Shown here one piece after another: positions 1-10,030 of a DNA stretch of 64,000 nt. The position numbers and the translations under genes are program-made. Numbering within the stretch: position 1 is the first letter of the stretch; every line of letters starts with the position of its first letter. The notes under the pieces are model-generated. The model saw only the letters and a list, made by a program, of their open reading frames with translations, searched no databases and was not told where the DNA came from. This stretch comes from an uncultured delta proteobacterium (GTDB lineage Bacteria > Myxococcota > Myxococcia > Myxococcales > Anaeromyxobacteraceae), in contig CAWFDF010000008.1 of the NCBI GenBank assembly GCA_963814585.1, positions 576,001 to 640,000 of the forward strand, given 5' to 3'.

Positions 1-1401
1 GACCACGGCATGGGTGGTGGCCTGGCCCGAGCCGGCGACGCAGCACAGCTCGATGTCGCCCGAGCGGTTGAGCAGGTTCTCGATCGGCGCCGGCGCCACG
101 TACTTGCCCTTGCTGGTCTTGAAGAGCTCCTTGACCCGGCCGGTGATCATGAGCCGGCCCTCGGCGTCGATGACCCCCAGGTCGCCGGTCCTGAGGAAGC
201 CGTCGGGGGTGAACGACTCGCGCGTCAGCTCCGGCTCCTTGTGGTAACCGGCCATGTTCCCGGGGCTCTTCACCAGGATCTCGCCGTCCTCGCCCAGCCG
301 GCACTCCACCCCCTCGTAGGGCTGCCCCACGAAGCCGGGCAGGCCGCCGCCGGGCCGGGTGGCGTGCGAGTAGCCGACGTTCTCGGTCAGCCCGTAGCCC
401 TCCAGCAGCTCGAGGCCGAGGTCGCGGTACCAGGTGATCAGCTCGGGCGGGATGGGGGCCGAGGCGCTGGCGGCGAAGCGCACCCGGTCGAGGCCCAGGC
501 CCCTGAGGACCTTCTTCTTGACGAACGCCGACAGGATCGGGACCCGGAGCAGGAGCGCCAGCCGCCGCTCCGGCAGCCTGGCGAAGACGCCCCGCTGGAA
601 CTTGAGCCACAGGCGCGGCACCGATGCGAAGAGCGTGGGCCGGGCGCGCTGGAGGTCCTCCAGGAAGGTGTCGATGCTCTCGGCGAAGGAGACCCGGTAC
701 CCGGTCGCCAGCGAGCCGCACTCGGAGATCAGCCGATCCATGATGTGCGCCAGCGGCAGGTAGGAGAAGCCGCTGTCGCTGCCCCGGATCCCGAGCATCC
801 GGACCAGGCCGTTCACCGAGTTCGAGAGCGACGCGAAGGTGTGGATCACGCCCTTGGGCTGGCCGGTGCTGCCCGAGGTGTAGACGATGAGGGCCCAGTC
901 GTCGGCCGGCCGGCGCGGCTCGCCGTCGAGGGGCTCCTGGCTGGCGACGATGGCCTCCCACTTCGGCAGCGCCGTCGGCGGCGCCAGCGGCAGGGCCACG
1001 CAGGGCAGTCCCCGCGGAACCCCACGGGCGATCTCGTCCCAGGCGTCGAGCTTGCCGACGAAGAGCAGGCGGCTGTCGCTGTGCTCGAGGACGAAGCGCA
1101 CCGTGGCCGCCTGGTAGGTGGGGAAGAGCGCCACCGAGACGTGGCCCGCCATCCAGATGGCGAGGTCGGTGAGGAAGAAGTGGGCGCAGTTCTTGGAGGC
1201 GATGGCAATGCGGCTCCCCGGCGGGAGGCCGAGCGAGGCCAGGTAGGCCGCCATCCGCTTCGACTCGTCGAGCACCCGCCCGAAGGTGAAGTCCTCGACG
1301 CGCCCCCCACCCAGCGGCTGGGTCAGGTAGACGTCGTCGCGACGCGCGGCCGCGACCCGGTAGAAGGCGTGGAGGACGTGCTCGTCTTCGCGGACACTCA
1401 T
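1..1401 (-). CDS. Long-chain acyl-CoA synthetase (AMP-binding), truncated at the window edge
   Basis: Minus-strand reading from ATG 1401 gives MSVREDEHVLHAFYR..., with the adenylation motifs YTSGSTGQPKGV and EGYGLTE. The frame stays open to the window start. Confidence 0.88.
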   Translation of the reverse strand, partial: MSVREDEHVLHAFYRVAAARRDDVYLTQPLGGGRVEDFTFGRVLDESKRMAAYLASLGLPPGSRIAIASKNCAHFFLTDLAIWMAGHVSVALFPTYQAATVRFVLEHSDSRLLFVGKLDAWDEIARGVPRGLPCVALPLAPPTALPKWEAIVASQEPLDGEPRRPADDWALIVYTSGSTGQPKGVIHTFASLSNSVNGLVRMLGIRGSDSGFSYLPLAHIMDRLISECGSLATGYRVSFAESIDTFLEDLQRARPTLFASVPRLWLKFQRGVFARLPERRLALLLRVPILSAFVKKKVLRGLGLDRVRFAASASAPIPPELITWYRDLGLELLEGYGLTENVGYSHATRPGGGLPGFVGQPYEGVECRLGEDGEILVKSPGNMAGYHKEPELTRESFTPDGFLRTGDLGVIDAEGRLMITGRVKELFKTSKGKYVAPAPIENLLNRSGDIELCCVAGSGQATTHAVV

Positions 1402-1531
1402 GCGTGGAGCCCCGGATCAGACCCCATCGAGGTGCCGATGTCGAGTCGGGACGGACCAGCAGGTCCAGCCCGGGCCGGCCGATGCTCGGCCACGGGTCGA
1501 GCCGGGGAGCGCTGGCCCGGAGGAGGGGCGC

Positions 1532-2161
1532 CTACCTCAGCGTCCGGACTGCGGCCATCGCCTCGGGGAAGATGGCGTCGGCGGTCTCGGCGGCGTGGAG
1601 CAGCTTCAGGCTGCCGGCCGGGAGGCGTCCCAGCTCGGCGAGGTAGAGCGCCCGCTGCTTCCGCAGGTCGTCGACCGTGAAGAGCCCCTTCATCTTGTCG
1701 CCCAGCTCCTGCGCCGCGGCCTCCGGGGCGAGATCGACGAAGATGGTCAGGTCGGGCGAGAGCGGTGGAGCGCCCGACATGCCGCGCGCTCGCGACTCCA
1801 GCACGTTCAGGTCCTCACGGAACCAGTCGTGGCCCTTCAGCTCGGCGTAGACCACCGAGGAGAGCGTGTAGCTCTTGCAGAGCACCGTCTTCCCGGCGGC
1901 CAGCTTCTCGCGGGCCACCGCCGAGACCCGCGCCCTCGACGCCAGCTCGAAGAAGAAGTCGGCGTCGAACCGGCCGTAGCGCCAGTTGCCGTCGAGGGCC
2001 GCGGCCCCCATGAGCTGGGCCCGGCCGCTGTCGGGGCTGTCGAGCTCGTAGACCTCGATCCCCTCGGCGGCCAGCCCGGCGCGCACCTTGTCCACCAGCG
2101 CCACCACCAGCCGTCCCGCGCCGTAGATGCCCTCGAAGACGATGAACTTACCCTGCTTCAT
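1532..2161 (-). CDS. Thymidylate-kinase-fold protein with degenerate P-loop
   Basis: GKFIVFEGIYGAGR N-terminus and PDLTIFVD motif as in dTMP kinases, but the GK(S/T) and DRY motifs are altered. Confidence 0.75.
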   Translation of the reverse strand: MKQGKFIVFEGIYGAGRLVVALVDKVRAGLAAEGIEVYELDSPDSGRAQLMGAAALDGNWRYGRFDADFFFELASRARVSAVAREKLAAGKTVLCKSYTLSSVVYAELKGHDWFREDLNVLESRARGMSGAPPLSPDLTIFVDLAPEAAAQELGDKMKGLFTVDDLRKQRALYLAELGRLPAGSLKLLHAAETADAIFPEAMAAVRTLR

Positions 2162-2201
2162 CCGTGTGCCCCCAGGCGCCCTTCAACGAGCGCGGACGAG
2201 T

Positions 2202-5093
2202 TCACTGCAAGACCGCCTTGAGCGCCTCGCCCGTGGTGGAACGACGCTGCTTCTCCACCTCGCGCGGATCGACCTCGACGTGCTTCTCGTCCGGGGTGAT
2301 CTTGAACAGGGGCTGCCCCTTCTGGACGATGGACCCCTCGCCGCCCTGGATGATGATCCTGTCGAGCGTGCCGGAGAAGGGCGCGCGGACCGTGTTGAAC
2401 ATCTTCATCACCTCGATGATGTAGAGCGGCTGCCCCTTGTCGAAGTGCATCCCCTCGGTGACGAAGCGCGGCCGGCCCGGGGCCTCCTGCCCGTAGTACA
2501 TGCCGCCGCTCACCGCCACGATCTCGTCCGCCTTGGTCTGCGGCGGCGGGACCAGCACCTTCTTCATGCGGGCCTGCAGGTCGGCGTCGTTGAGGTGGGC
2601 CGGGATGGTGACGTCGAGGTTGTCCTCGACGCGGAACCCGAAGAACTTCACCTTCTCGGCGATGGTGAAGAGCATGCCGAGCAGCTCGTTGCCGGCCTCG
2701 AAGCCGAGGTGGGCCGATTGAATCCGCTCCCACGCCGCGGCGTCGTATCCGCCCTGCGGCGACTCCTTGCGGAGCACCTCGTCGAGCTCGTTGAACTGCC
2801 CCTCGCCGAGGCCGAACCTGGAGCGCAGCTCGGCGTAGAAGCGGGTGGCCCGCGACAGCAGCGCCTGGTCGTGCTCCCAGATGACCTCGGCGGCGGGGGC
2901 CTTCGGGTCCCAGGCCATGTTGAGGTACTCGTAGGTCTCCTGGAGGATCCCCAGCGGGTTGCGGCGCCACGCCAGCTTCCCGCCCTCGATCCGGAAGTCG
3001 TTCCGGTGAAGGCTGAGCCAGCCGGAGAGCAGGTGCGGGTCCTCGAGGAGCCGGTCCATGGGGCGCGTCAGCAGCGTCCCCTTGCGGTCGAGCACCTCGG
3101 ACATGGCCTTGACCATGGCCGGATCGTCGGGGTGGCTCGCCGCCGCGCGCTTGGCGTAGTGCTTCTTCATCTCCAGGAAGGCGAAGACCGTGTCGATCCT
3201 GGTCGACTCCTCCTTGAGCTGGCCCACCAGCGTCAGGTAGGGCACCACGAAGCGGGTGGTCGGCTTGGCCATCACGTTCTGGCCGATGAACCAGTTGACC
3301 AGGCCGTAGTGGAACTCGAGGTTGGTGGCGACGTCCTGGCCGCGGAGGCTGGTCCGGGCCAGCACCGTGGAGAGGTGCTGGTAGCTGGCCAGCCGGTCCT
3401 CTCCCTTGGTCAGCAGCAGCGCGATGTTGGAGTCGTAGGCGCCGGCCACCCGGTAGCGCATGAACATGCCGGTGTCCGGGTTGGGCAGGCTGATGCCCTG
3501 GTCGTCGCGGATCTCGCCCTCGATGGGCGTCGACCAGAAGCGGATGACGCCGCCGGCGTGGGGCGAGAGCGAGGCGTCGGTGGCGTTGAGCCGCGCCTCG
3601 GCGGCGGCGCCGAAGCGCGGGAGCCGCACCGGCCTGGGGAGCCGCCTCTTGTGGCGCGCCAGCAGCGCCATGGCCTCGACCAGCGACTCGACGACGAAGG
3701 CGTCGCTCGGATCGTCCGGATTGGTGAACTTGAGGCTGTAGCAGAGCTCCGAGACCCGGTGCTCCACCTGGATGCGGGTGTTGACCTCCATGAAGTAGTA
3801 GCGATCGCGATCGACGATGCACTCGAAGGTGGAGGCCGAGTCGAGCCCGACCGCCTGTCCGAAGCGCGCCGCGTCGGCCTCCATCCGCTTGAGGATCTCG
3901 AGATCGGTGGCCAGTGACTTCGCCTCGGCCTTCCGGCCGGCCTTCTCGGCGCGCTCGACGGCGTCGGCCAGCCCTTCCTGGGTCACCGAGATCTCCAGGA
4001 GCTTCTGCTCGTGCATCTGCAGCGAGCAGTCGCGGCCGCCCAGGGAGACGCACCAGTCGCCGTTGCCGAGCAGCTGGATCTCGTTGTGGCGGGTCTGCTC
4101 GATGTTGAGCTCGATGAGGACGTTCTTGTTGTCGCCGACGCCGGTGGCCTTGACCTCGCTGAGCACCTCGCGCACCAGCGCGGGGGCCTCGGCCGAGGCC
4201 GCGGCGACGTCCTTGTCGGTGGCCTTGGCCAGGGTCAGCAGCGAGCCGCCCAGGATGCGCTGGCCCTTGCCGCCTCCGCCGCCGATGGCCTTCAGTCGCA
4301 CCCGGCTCTGCGGGTGCTCCTTGAACATGGCGGCGACCTCCTTCTCCACCTGCGCGCCCAGCTCGTCGATGGTGTAGAGATCCTGGCCGCTGGCGTAGCA
4401 GGCCGCCAGGATCTGGTCGGCCAGGTCCTCGAGCGAGAGCTTCTCGTTGGCCACGACCTTGGGGTCGACGCTCAGCTTGCGGGCCTCGATGACCGCCAGC
4501 AGCTGCTTCCGCGTGGGGAACTTGGCCACCACGGTGCGAGCCGTGACGTTGTTGATGCCCGGGGTGACGCTGACCTTCACCTCCAGCGCGGTCCGCTTGG
4601 CCTCGTCCTTCTTGCCGGCGCGGGCCTGGGTCGTCGAGTTGGGGCCGATGAACTTGAGGCCGGCCTTCTCGAGGGTGGCGACGAACTCCTCGTCCTCGGC
4701 CATGAAGCCGTAGCCGGCGAACACCGAGTCGTAGCCGTTGTCGTGCGCGATCTGCACGATCTGGTTCATGCGCTCGACGCGCTCCTCCTTGCTGGCGCCG
4801 GAGTAGTCGGGCACCCGGTGGACGCGGCTGGTGTCGTTGAACTGGCGCAGCTCGGGCGCCAGCGCGTTGGGGTAGACGATCGAGTCCTTCTCGGAGAGCA
4901 GGATCCCGTAGTGGCTGATCCCCATCTCCTCGAAGACGTCCATGGCCTCCTTGCGGATGGGGCCTCGGCAGACGATGAGCGGCTTCAGGTCGGTGCAGGC
5001 GAAGGAGCGGACCCACTCCGACTTCGACTCCCCGAGGCGGCGGTCGCGGTGGATGAGCGGGTTGTGGCGGTACAGGTCGGTGGGCAGGGCCAT
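2202..5093 (-). CDS. Biotin carboxylase-BCCP fusion (acyl-CoA carboxylase alpha subunit, long form, 963 aa)
   Basis: AGYGFMAE, KAIGGGGGKG, RDCSLQ and FMEVNTRIQVEH motifs; C-terminal biotinylation motif EVMKM. Confidence 0.93.
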   Translation of the reverse strand: MALPTDLYRHNPLIHRDRRLGESKSEWVRSFACTDLKPLIVCRGPIRKEAMDVFEEMGISHYGILLSEKDSIVYPNALAPELRQFNDTSRVHRVPDYSGASKEERVERMNQIVQIAHDNGYDSVFAGYGFMAEDEEFVATLEKAGLKFIGPNSTTQARAGKKDEAKRTALEVKVSVTPGINNVTARTVVAKFPTRKQLLAVIEARKLSVDPKVVANEKLSLEDLADQILAACYASGQDLYTIDELGAQVEKEVAAMFKEHPQSRVRLKAIGGGGGKGQRILGGSLLTLAKATDKDVAAASAEAPALVREVLSEVKATGVGDNKNVLIELNIEQTRHNEIQLLGNGDWCVSLGGRDCSLQMHEQKLLEISVTQEGLADAVERAEKAGRKAEAKSLATDLEILKRMEADAARFGQAVGLDSASTFECIVDRDRYYFMEVNTRIQVEHRVSELCYSLKFTNPDDPSDAFVVESLVEAMALLARHKRRLPRPVRLPRFGAAAEARLNATDASLSPHAGGVIRFWSTPIEGEIRDDQGISLPNPDTGMFMRYRVAGAYDSNIALLLTKGEDRLASYQHLSTVLARTSLRGQDVATNLEFHYGLVNWFIGQNVMAKPTTRFVVPYLTLVGQLKEESTRIDTVFAFLEMKKHYAKRAAASHPDDPAMVKAMSEVLDRKGTLLTRPMDRLLEDPHLLSGWLSLHRNDFRIEGGKLAWRRNPLGILQETYEYLNMAWDPKAPAAEVIWEHDQALLSRATRFYAELRSRFGLGEGQFNELDEVLRKESPQGGYDAAAWERIQSAHLGFEAGNELLGMLFTIAEKVKFFGFRVEDNLDVTIPAHLNDADLQARMKKVLVPPPQTKADEIVAVSGGMYYGQEAPGRPRFVTEGMHFDKGQPLYIIEVMKMFNTVRAPFSGTLDRIIIQGGEGSIVQKGQPLFKITPDEKHVEVDPREVEKQRRSTTGEALKAVLQ

Positions 5094-5142
5094 CGGTCTC
5101 TCTCTCTGGACGAGCGGCGGGCGGTGGGCGACGGGCCTTCGC

Positions 5143-6867
5143 TCAGTGGAACTCGCGCTGTGGGCCGGTCATCGCGGAGGGCTGGTAGTGGCGCATCAGG
5201 AAGCCGATGTTCTCGGCCAGCGCCTGCCGCAGGTCGGTCGGCATGACGATGGAGGAGATGGAGCCGAGCGAGAGCCCTTCCTTCGGGTTCATCAGCTCCC
5301 GCTCGTACCGCTGGTTGAGCAGGGTCTCCTGCGCCTTCACCCAGTCGGCCGCCTCCTTCTCGGCGTCCCGCTTGGCCTCGGCGCCGTCCATGCCGGCGGA
5401 GGTGCGCGTGGCGATCCCCTTCTTGACCAGCTCGGCGACCGCGCCGCGGATCTTGCGGAGCTCGTCCTTGTAGACGAACTCCTTCCCGGCCGGCCCCATC
5501 ACCGCGAGCCGGGTGGTGGGGAGCGCCAGCACCAGGTCGGCGCCGGTGGGGTAGTTGTTGTAGGAGGCGTAGGCGCCGCCGAAGGCGTTGCGCAGGATGA
5601 GCAGGATGCGCGGCGTTCGCACGTCGACGATGGCGTCGAGCATGGAGCGGCCGGCCTGGACGATGCCGCGGGCTTCCTGCTCGCGGCCGGGGAGGAAGCC
5701 GGTGGTGTCCTCCATGAAGATGATGGGGATGTTGTAGATGTTGCAGAAGCGGACGAACCTGGCGATCTTGACGGCGCTGTCGCAGTCGATCTGGCCGGAG
5801 CCGACGGCGCTGTTGTTGGCCACGAAGCCGACCACCTGCCCGCCCAGCCGGCCGAAGGCGGTGACCGCCTCGCGGGCGCGCTCCGGCTGGATCTCGAAGT
5901 AGTCGCCGTAGTCGCAGACGCCCTGGATGATGATGGAGACGTCGAAGGGCGTGTTGAAGCCGGATGGAGAGTTGAAGGCCTTCTTCAGCAGCGTGTTGAT
6001 CTCCCAGGTCTTGCGGTCGATGGGATCGCTGGTGGGCTGGAACGGCGCCGACGTGCGGTTGTTGTCCGGGATGTAGGAGAGCAGCCGCACCGCCTGGCGC
6101 AGCGCCGCCAGCTCGTCCTGCACCGTGAGGTCGGCGACGCCGGAGGCGCCGTGGACCTTGGGGCCGCCCAGCTCCTCGGGCGTGATGTCCTCTCCCAGCA
6201 CCGACTTGACGACGCCGGGGCCGGTCAGTCCGAAGAAGGTGTCGCCGGGCTGGATGACGAAGCTGCCCTGCCTCGGCAGGTAGGAGCCGCCACCGGCGTT
6301 GAAGCCGAACATGCACATGATCGACGGGACCACGCCGCTGATCTTGCGGAGCGCGGTGAAGGCCTCGGCGTAGCCGTCGAGCCCGCCGACGCCGGCCGGC
6401 ACGAAGGCGCCGGCGGAGTCGTTCATGCCGATGAGCGGCATCCCCTTGTCGCCGGCCATGCGGAACAGGCGCGCCAGCTTGTTGCCGTTGGTGGCGTCCA
6501 TCGAGCCGGCCCGGACCGTGAAGTCGTGGCCGTACACCGCCACGTCCCGGCCGCCGATGTCGAGGATGGCGGTGACCAGCGAGGCGCCGTCGAGGTTCTT
6601 GCCCCAGTTCTGGTAGAGGACGTTGGGCGGCTTCTGGGAGAGCACCTTGAGCCGCTCCCAGACCGTCATGCGCTTCTTGAGGTGCTGCTTCTCGATGGCG
6701 TCGACCGGCACCGAGCGGATGGGGCGCAGGATGAGGTCGTACCCCTCCTTCATCGCCTCCTCGTAGGGGCCGGTGGCTCGGGAGATCTCGCCGGGGATGG
6801 TGAACTCCACCTTCTCCGGCGGATCGAACGGATTGATCAGGGACGGTCTGATGGCCTTCGTGGTCAT
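5143..6867 (-). CDS. Acyl-CoA carboxylase carboxyltransferase (beta) subunit
   Basis: [33 protein letters not shown] and AFGGAY motifs; probable start MTTKAIRP at 6867. Confidence 0.93.
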   Translation of the reverse strand: MTTKAIRPSLINPFDPPEKVEFTIPGEISRATGPYEEAMKEGYDLILRPIRSVPVDAIEKQHLKKRMTVWERLKVLSQKPPNVLYQNWGKNLDGASLVTAILDIGGRDVAVYGHDFTVRAGSMDATNGNKLARLFRMAGDKGMPLIGMNDSAGAFVPAGVGGLDGYAEAFTALRKISGVVPSIMCMFGFNAGGGSYLPRQGSFVIQPGDTFFGLTGPGVVKSVLGEDITPEELGGPKVHGASGVADLTVQDELAALRQAVRLLSYIPDNNRTSAPFQPTSDPIDRKTWEINTLLKKAFNSPSGFNTPFDVSIIIQGVCDYGDYFEIQPERAREAVTAFGRLGGQVVGFVANNSAVGSGQIDCDSAVKIARFVRFCNIYNIPIIFMEDTTGFLPGREQEARGIVQAGRSMLDAIVDVRTPRILLILRNAFGGAYASYNNYPTGADLVLALPTTRLAVMGPAGKEFVYKDELRKIRGAVAELVKKGIATRTSAGMDGAEAKRDAEKEAADWVKAQETLLNQRYERELMNPKEGLSLGSISSIVMPTDLRQALAENIGFLMRHYQPSAMTGPQREFH

Positions 6868-7217
6868 GTGTCGCGTTCCTCGTGCGTTCCGGCTGGCGCG
6901 GCGATAATCGAGCGGATAGGTCAATCAACCCGAACGGTTGCAGCGCTGCGTCTTCCCGATTGGGAGGCGCATCCTGACAAGGCGGGGGCCACGAGGCAAG
7001 CCATTCGAGATCCCGAACGTTCGATGTTTGCTGGCACATCGCGTCATCCAGGGTGGGGCGGGGCACGAGACCCTGCATGGCCGCGGGACTTCTGGTATAG
7101 GTGTCCCGGCAGTGCGGACCTGGATTCCAGCCGCACGCCGAACAACGCCAGCGCCTACGCCGACAACGCGAGCCTGGCCGCCGCCCGAAAGAGCGAGCGC
7201 CTTCCCTGAGTGGTTGA

Positions 7218-7535
7218 TTGGAGCACCGCAACTTGAACGAACCTCGCCACACCAAGCCGCGGCACGACCGCCCGGCCCGTCGCCAGCGCCGCACCCTCCG
7301 CGGAGCGGGTCCGCAGGCCCAGTTCATCCCCGTCACCGCAGAGGGCTTTCCGGCGGCCGTGCCAGACGTCCCGCCACCATCCCCGGCGGTGTTCACCACC
7401 GAGGCCGCGCGCGCCACCTACCCGTGGCTCCCGGCCCGGGTCATCGCCGGGAGCATCTGGCGCGGCCCGGCGCACGTGAAGGTCCGCGTCGACGCCGCGG
7501 GCGAGGCCGCCCCCTGGCCGCCTCCGCGCCCGTGA
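7218..7535 (+). CDS. Hypothetical protein (105 aa)
   Basis: TTG-started ORF filling the intergenic space, with GC3-biased codons; no recognisable motif. Confidence 0.4.
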   Translation: MEHRNLNEPRHTKPRHDRPARRQRRTLRGAGPQAQFIPVTAEGFPAAVPDVPPPSPAVFTTEAARATYPWLPARVIAGSIWRGPAHVKVRVDAAGEAAPWPPPRP

Positions 7536-7565
7536 GCTGAATCGCCTCCGCGCCCATGAGCTGAA
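7519..7565 (+). repeat. Tandem 23-bp direct repeat (24-nt period)
   Basis: cgcctccgcgcccgtgagctgaa (7519-7541) and cgcctccgcgcccatgagctgaa (7543-7565), 1 mismatch. Confidence 0.85.
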
Positions 7566-7823
7566 GGCCTCGGTGTCCCGATTGAGGACGTCTCCGGTCC
7601 TCGCAATTCTTGCGAGTTCTCCAGGTGGGGCGCAGCCGACGCGCACCGCGCTGGCCAGGCGATCCTGGCCGAGTCGTGAAAGCACTTGCGATTCGCGGTC
7701 TTCCGGCGGACCCCTGGTTGGTGCGCTACGTGCATCCACCTGGAACTTCAGAGGATTCAGACCGGTCGACTCCATTTTGGCGTCCGGGCAGACCTCGAAC
7801 AACCCGAACGACGGAGAAGAACG

Positions 7824-8012
7824 ATGGCGAACCAGATCACCGAGGACTGCACCAGCTGTGGCGCCTGCGAGGCCGAGTGTCCGAGCGGGGCGATCGCCGA
7901 GGGCGACGACCGCTACGTGATCGACGCGGCCAAGTGCGACGAGTGCGCCTCCCATGGCGGCACGTCGGCGTGCCTGGAGGTCTGCCCGACCGAGTGCATC
8001 GTCAAGCTCTAG
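7824..8012 (+). CDS. 2[4Fe-4S] ferredoxin (62 aa)
   Basis: CTSCGACEAECP and CDEC-x8-CLEVCP motifs; GGAGA SD upstream. Confidence 0.95.
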   Translation: MANQITEDCTSCGACEAECPSGAIAEGDDRYVIDAAKCDECASHGGTSACLEVCPTECIVKL

Positions 8013-8048
8013 GTCGAAGCCGCCCCGAGGCCATGGCCTCGCCGGCCC

Positions 8049-8077
8049 AGGAGACCCCGCCCTTGGCGGGGTCTCCT
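8049..8077 (+). terminator. 13-bp GC hairpin downstream of ferredoxin
   Basis: aggagaccccgcc-ctt-ggcggggtctcct perfect stem; weak U-tract. Confidence 0.6.
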
Positions 8078-8139
8078 CGTCTGGGGACCGGCCCCGGCGC
8101 TGGAGTTTGTCTCGCCGGCGCACTAGCGTGCGCTCCTCG

Positions 8140-9945
8140 ATGACTCCGGCCTCGACCCAGCGGCTCGCGCTGGTCCTTCGCGCCTTCACCGGGGTGCTGG
8201 CCTCGTCCCTGGCGCTCTCCCTGGCGAGCGCGGGCGAGGCCGCCCCGGTGCGAGGCCCTCCGACCTGCGCCGACGCCTGGCGAATGATCGACTTCGCGGT
8301 CGCTCGCCACGTGGCCCATGATCGGCTCACGCCAGACCTGGCGACGAGAGCGCGCGACCTGCTCGCGGAAGCGCTGATCGCCGACCACCCCTGGTTGATG
8401 GCCGAGGACCTCGCCGCGCTCAAGGGGCGCGCCGCCGCCACCAGCGGCGCCACCTTGCTGGCCGAGCGCGCTGCCGGACGATGTGGCCACCTCGATGCGC
8501 AGCTGTCGCGGGTCGAGGCCGCGCTGACCCGGGCCGCCAGCCTCTTCCCTGACCCGGGCATGCTCAGCACCGCGCTGCCCGACGAGCCGCCGGAAGATGA
8601 ACCTCAGGAGGCCGAGACGCCCCCGGTCTCGGTCGACGGGCTGCGCACGCTGATCTCGGGTGATGCGCTCGTCGAGGCCTGGCGCGTTCGCGGTGCTTCG
8701 GAGTGGCCGGTCGCCCGGGCCTTCGGGGCCAGGCGCGCGCTGCGCTGGCTGGAGCTCTCGCGGCAGCGCCTGGCCAGCCGTGGAACCGCCGACCTGGTCA
8801 ATGCCTTCGCGCACGCCCTCGACCCACACAGCCGCTACGAGACCGAGGAGGAGGCCGACCAGTCCGATCGAGAGCTCAACCCTCCGATCGGCCTGCTCGG
8901 GCTGGACTTCGGCGACCCGGTGCCCGGAGGCATGCCGGTGGTCGGGCTCCATCCCGGCTCACCGGCCGCGCGCCATCGCGGGTTGCGCGTCGGCGACGTC
9001 ATGACCGCGGTCGGGGCCACCTCGATCGCGGACCGAGACGCCGACGAGGTCTCCGCCTTGCTCGACGCCTACGAGGAGGCGGTTCCCCTGACCTTCGCGC
9101 GTCCGTCGGGACGGAAGCTGGGGCCGCCGAGGCGCTTGCAGCTGGTGCGCGAGGTGCTGAAGGATCGGAACATGTCGGTCACGGCGACGCCCCAGGTCGA
9201 GAAGGGGCAGCGCGTGCTGGTGGCGAGCGTGGAGGAGGTCGACCAGGACACGGCGGACGGCGTGGAGCGAGCGCTTCACCTCGGGCGCCGACCTCCGGAC
9301 GCGGTGGTGCTGGACCTGCGGGGCTGCACCGGCGGCTACCTCACGACCTCGGTGGCGATCGCCGGACTCTTCCTCGCCGGTGGGCCGGTCGTGCGCCTGC
9401 ACAGGCTGGGCATTCCCGACGAGGTGATCGGTGATCCCGAGCCGACCCGAGCCTACGCCGGCCCGGTGCTGGTGCTGGTCGACGAGGAGACCGCCTCTGG
9501 CTGCGAGATCGTCGCGGGCGCCCTGCGGGCGCGTGGGCGGGCGCTGGTGATCGGCGCGCCTCGGACGTTCGGCAAGGGGACGATGCAGGACATCTTCGAC
9601 GGCGAGATCCCGACGGGAGCCCTCTACGTCACCACCGGCATCTTCTACCTTCCGGACGGCACCTCTCCGCAGGGTGCCGGCGTCCCGGTCGACCTGGTGG
9701 TCGCGCCTCCGACCGACGGGCTGGTGACCGAGTCTTCCTTGCCGTGGGCGCTACCCTCCCCGCCGCCGGTCCCGCCTCTCGACGGAGGCGATGCCGACCG
9801 CGACCCGACGCTGCAGGAGTCGCTCGAGCGGCTCGGCGCGGTGGTCCCGGAATCGAGGCGATCGCAGCGGGAGGGGACCGACATGGTCCTGGTTCGGGCG
9901 ACCGAGCTGGCGGCTCGACTCGTGGCGGAGCGGCGGAAGCGCTAG
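8140..9945 (+). CDS. S41 family carboxy-terminal processing protease (PDZ + peptidase), secreted
   Basis: Signal peptide, ALDPHSRY, PDZ (HPGSPAA), VLDLRGCTGG, ETASGCE (catalytic Ser) and TFGKG (Lys). Confidence 0.9.
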   Translation: MTPASTQRLALVLRAFTGVLASSLALSLASAGEAAPVRGPPTCADAWRMIDFAVARHVAHDRLTPDLATRARDLLAEALIADHPWLMAEDLAALKGRAAATSGATLLAERAAGRCGHLDAQLSRVEAALTRAASLFPDPGMLSTALPDEPPEDEPQEAETPPVSVDGLRTLISGDALVEAWRVRGASEWPVARAFGARRALRWLELSRQRLASRGTADLVNAFAHALDPHSRYETEEEADQSDRELNPPIGLLGLDFGDPVPGGMPVVGLHPGSPAARHRGLRVGDVMTAVGATSIADRDADEVSALLDAYEEAVPLTFARPSGRKLGPPRRLQLVREVLKDRNMSVTATPQVEKGQRVLVASVEEVDQDTADGVERALHLGRRPPDAVVLDLRGCTGGYLTTSVAIAGLFLAGGPVVRLHRLGIPDEVIGDPEPTRAYAGPVLVLVDEETASGCEIVAGALRARGRALVIGAPRTFGKGTMQDIFDGEIPTGALYVTTGIFYLPDGTSPQGAGVPVDLVVAPPTDGLVTESSLPWALPSPPPVPPLDGGDADRDPTLQESLERLGAVVPESRRSQREGTDMVLVRATELAARLVAERRKR

Positions 9946-10030
9946 CGGCCCCCGCCCAGCTGCTCGGCCACGCCGCGACCACGTGCTCCGACCACTGGCG
10001 ACCACCTGCCCGGGTCGGGAGGGGAACTCC

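Noticed and set aside
7061..7077. GGGCACGAGACCCTGCA as a sigma54 promoter
   Set aside because: GG-to-GC spacing is 11 rather than the required 10.
7100..7209. Peptide ...NNASAYADNASLAAA resembling a tmRNA tag
   Set aside because: There is no stop after LAA and no tRNA-like 5' end or T-arm/CCA 3' end nearby, so it is treated as coincidence.
10..7417. Very long alternative-frame or antisense ORFs (e.g. 10-1680 +, 2158-5016 -, 4942-7209 +, and similarly 9791-13528 +, 22567-25725 -, 40033-43041 +, 48015-51401 +)
   Set aside because: These are shadow ORFs expected in high-GC DNA. They overlap well-supported genes and have R/G/P/A-rich or reverse-codon composition without motifs.
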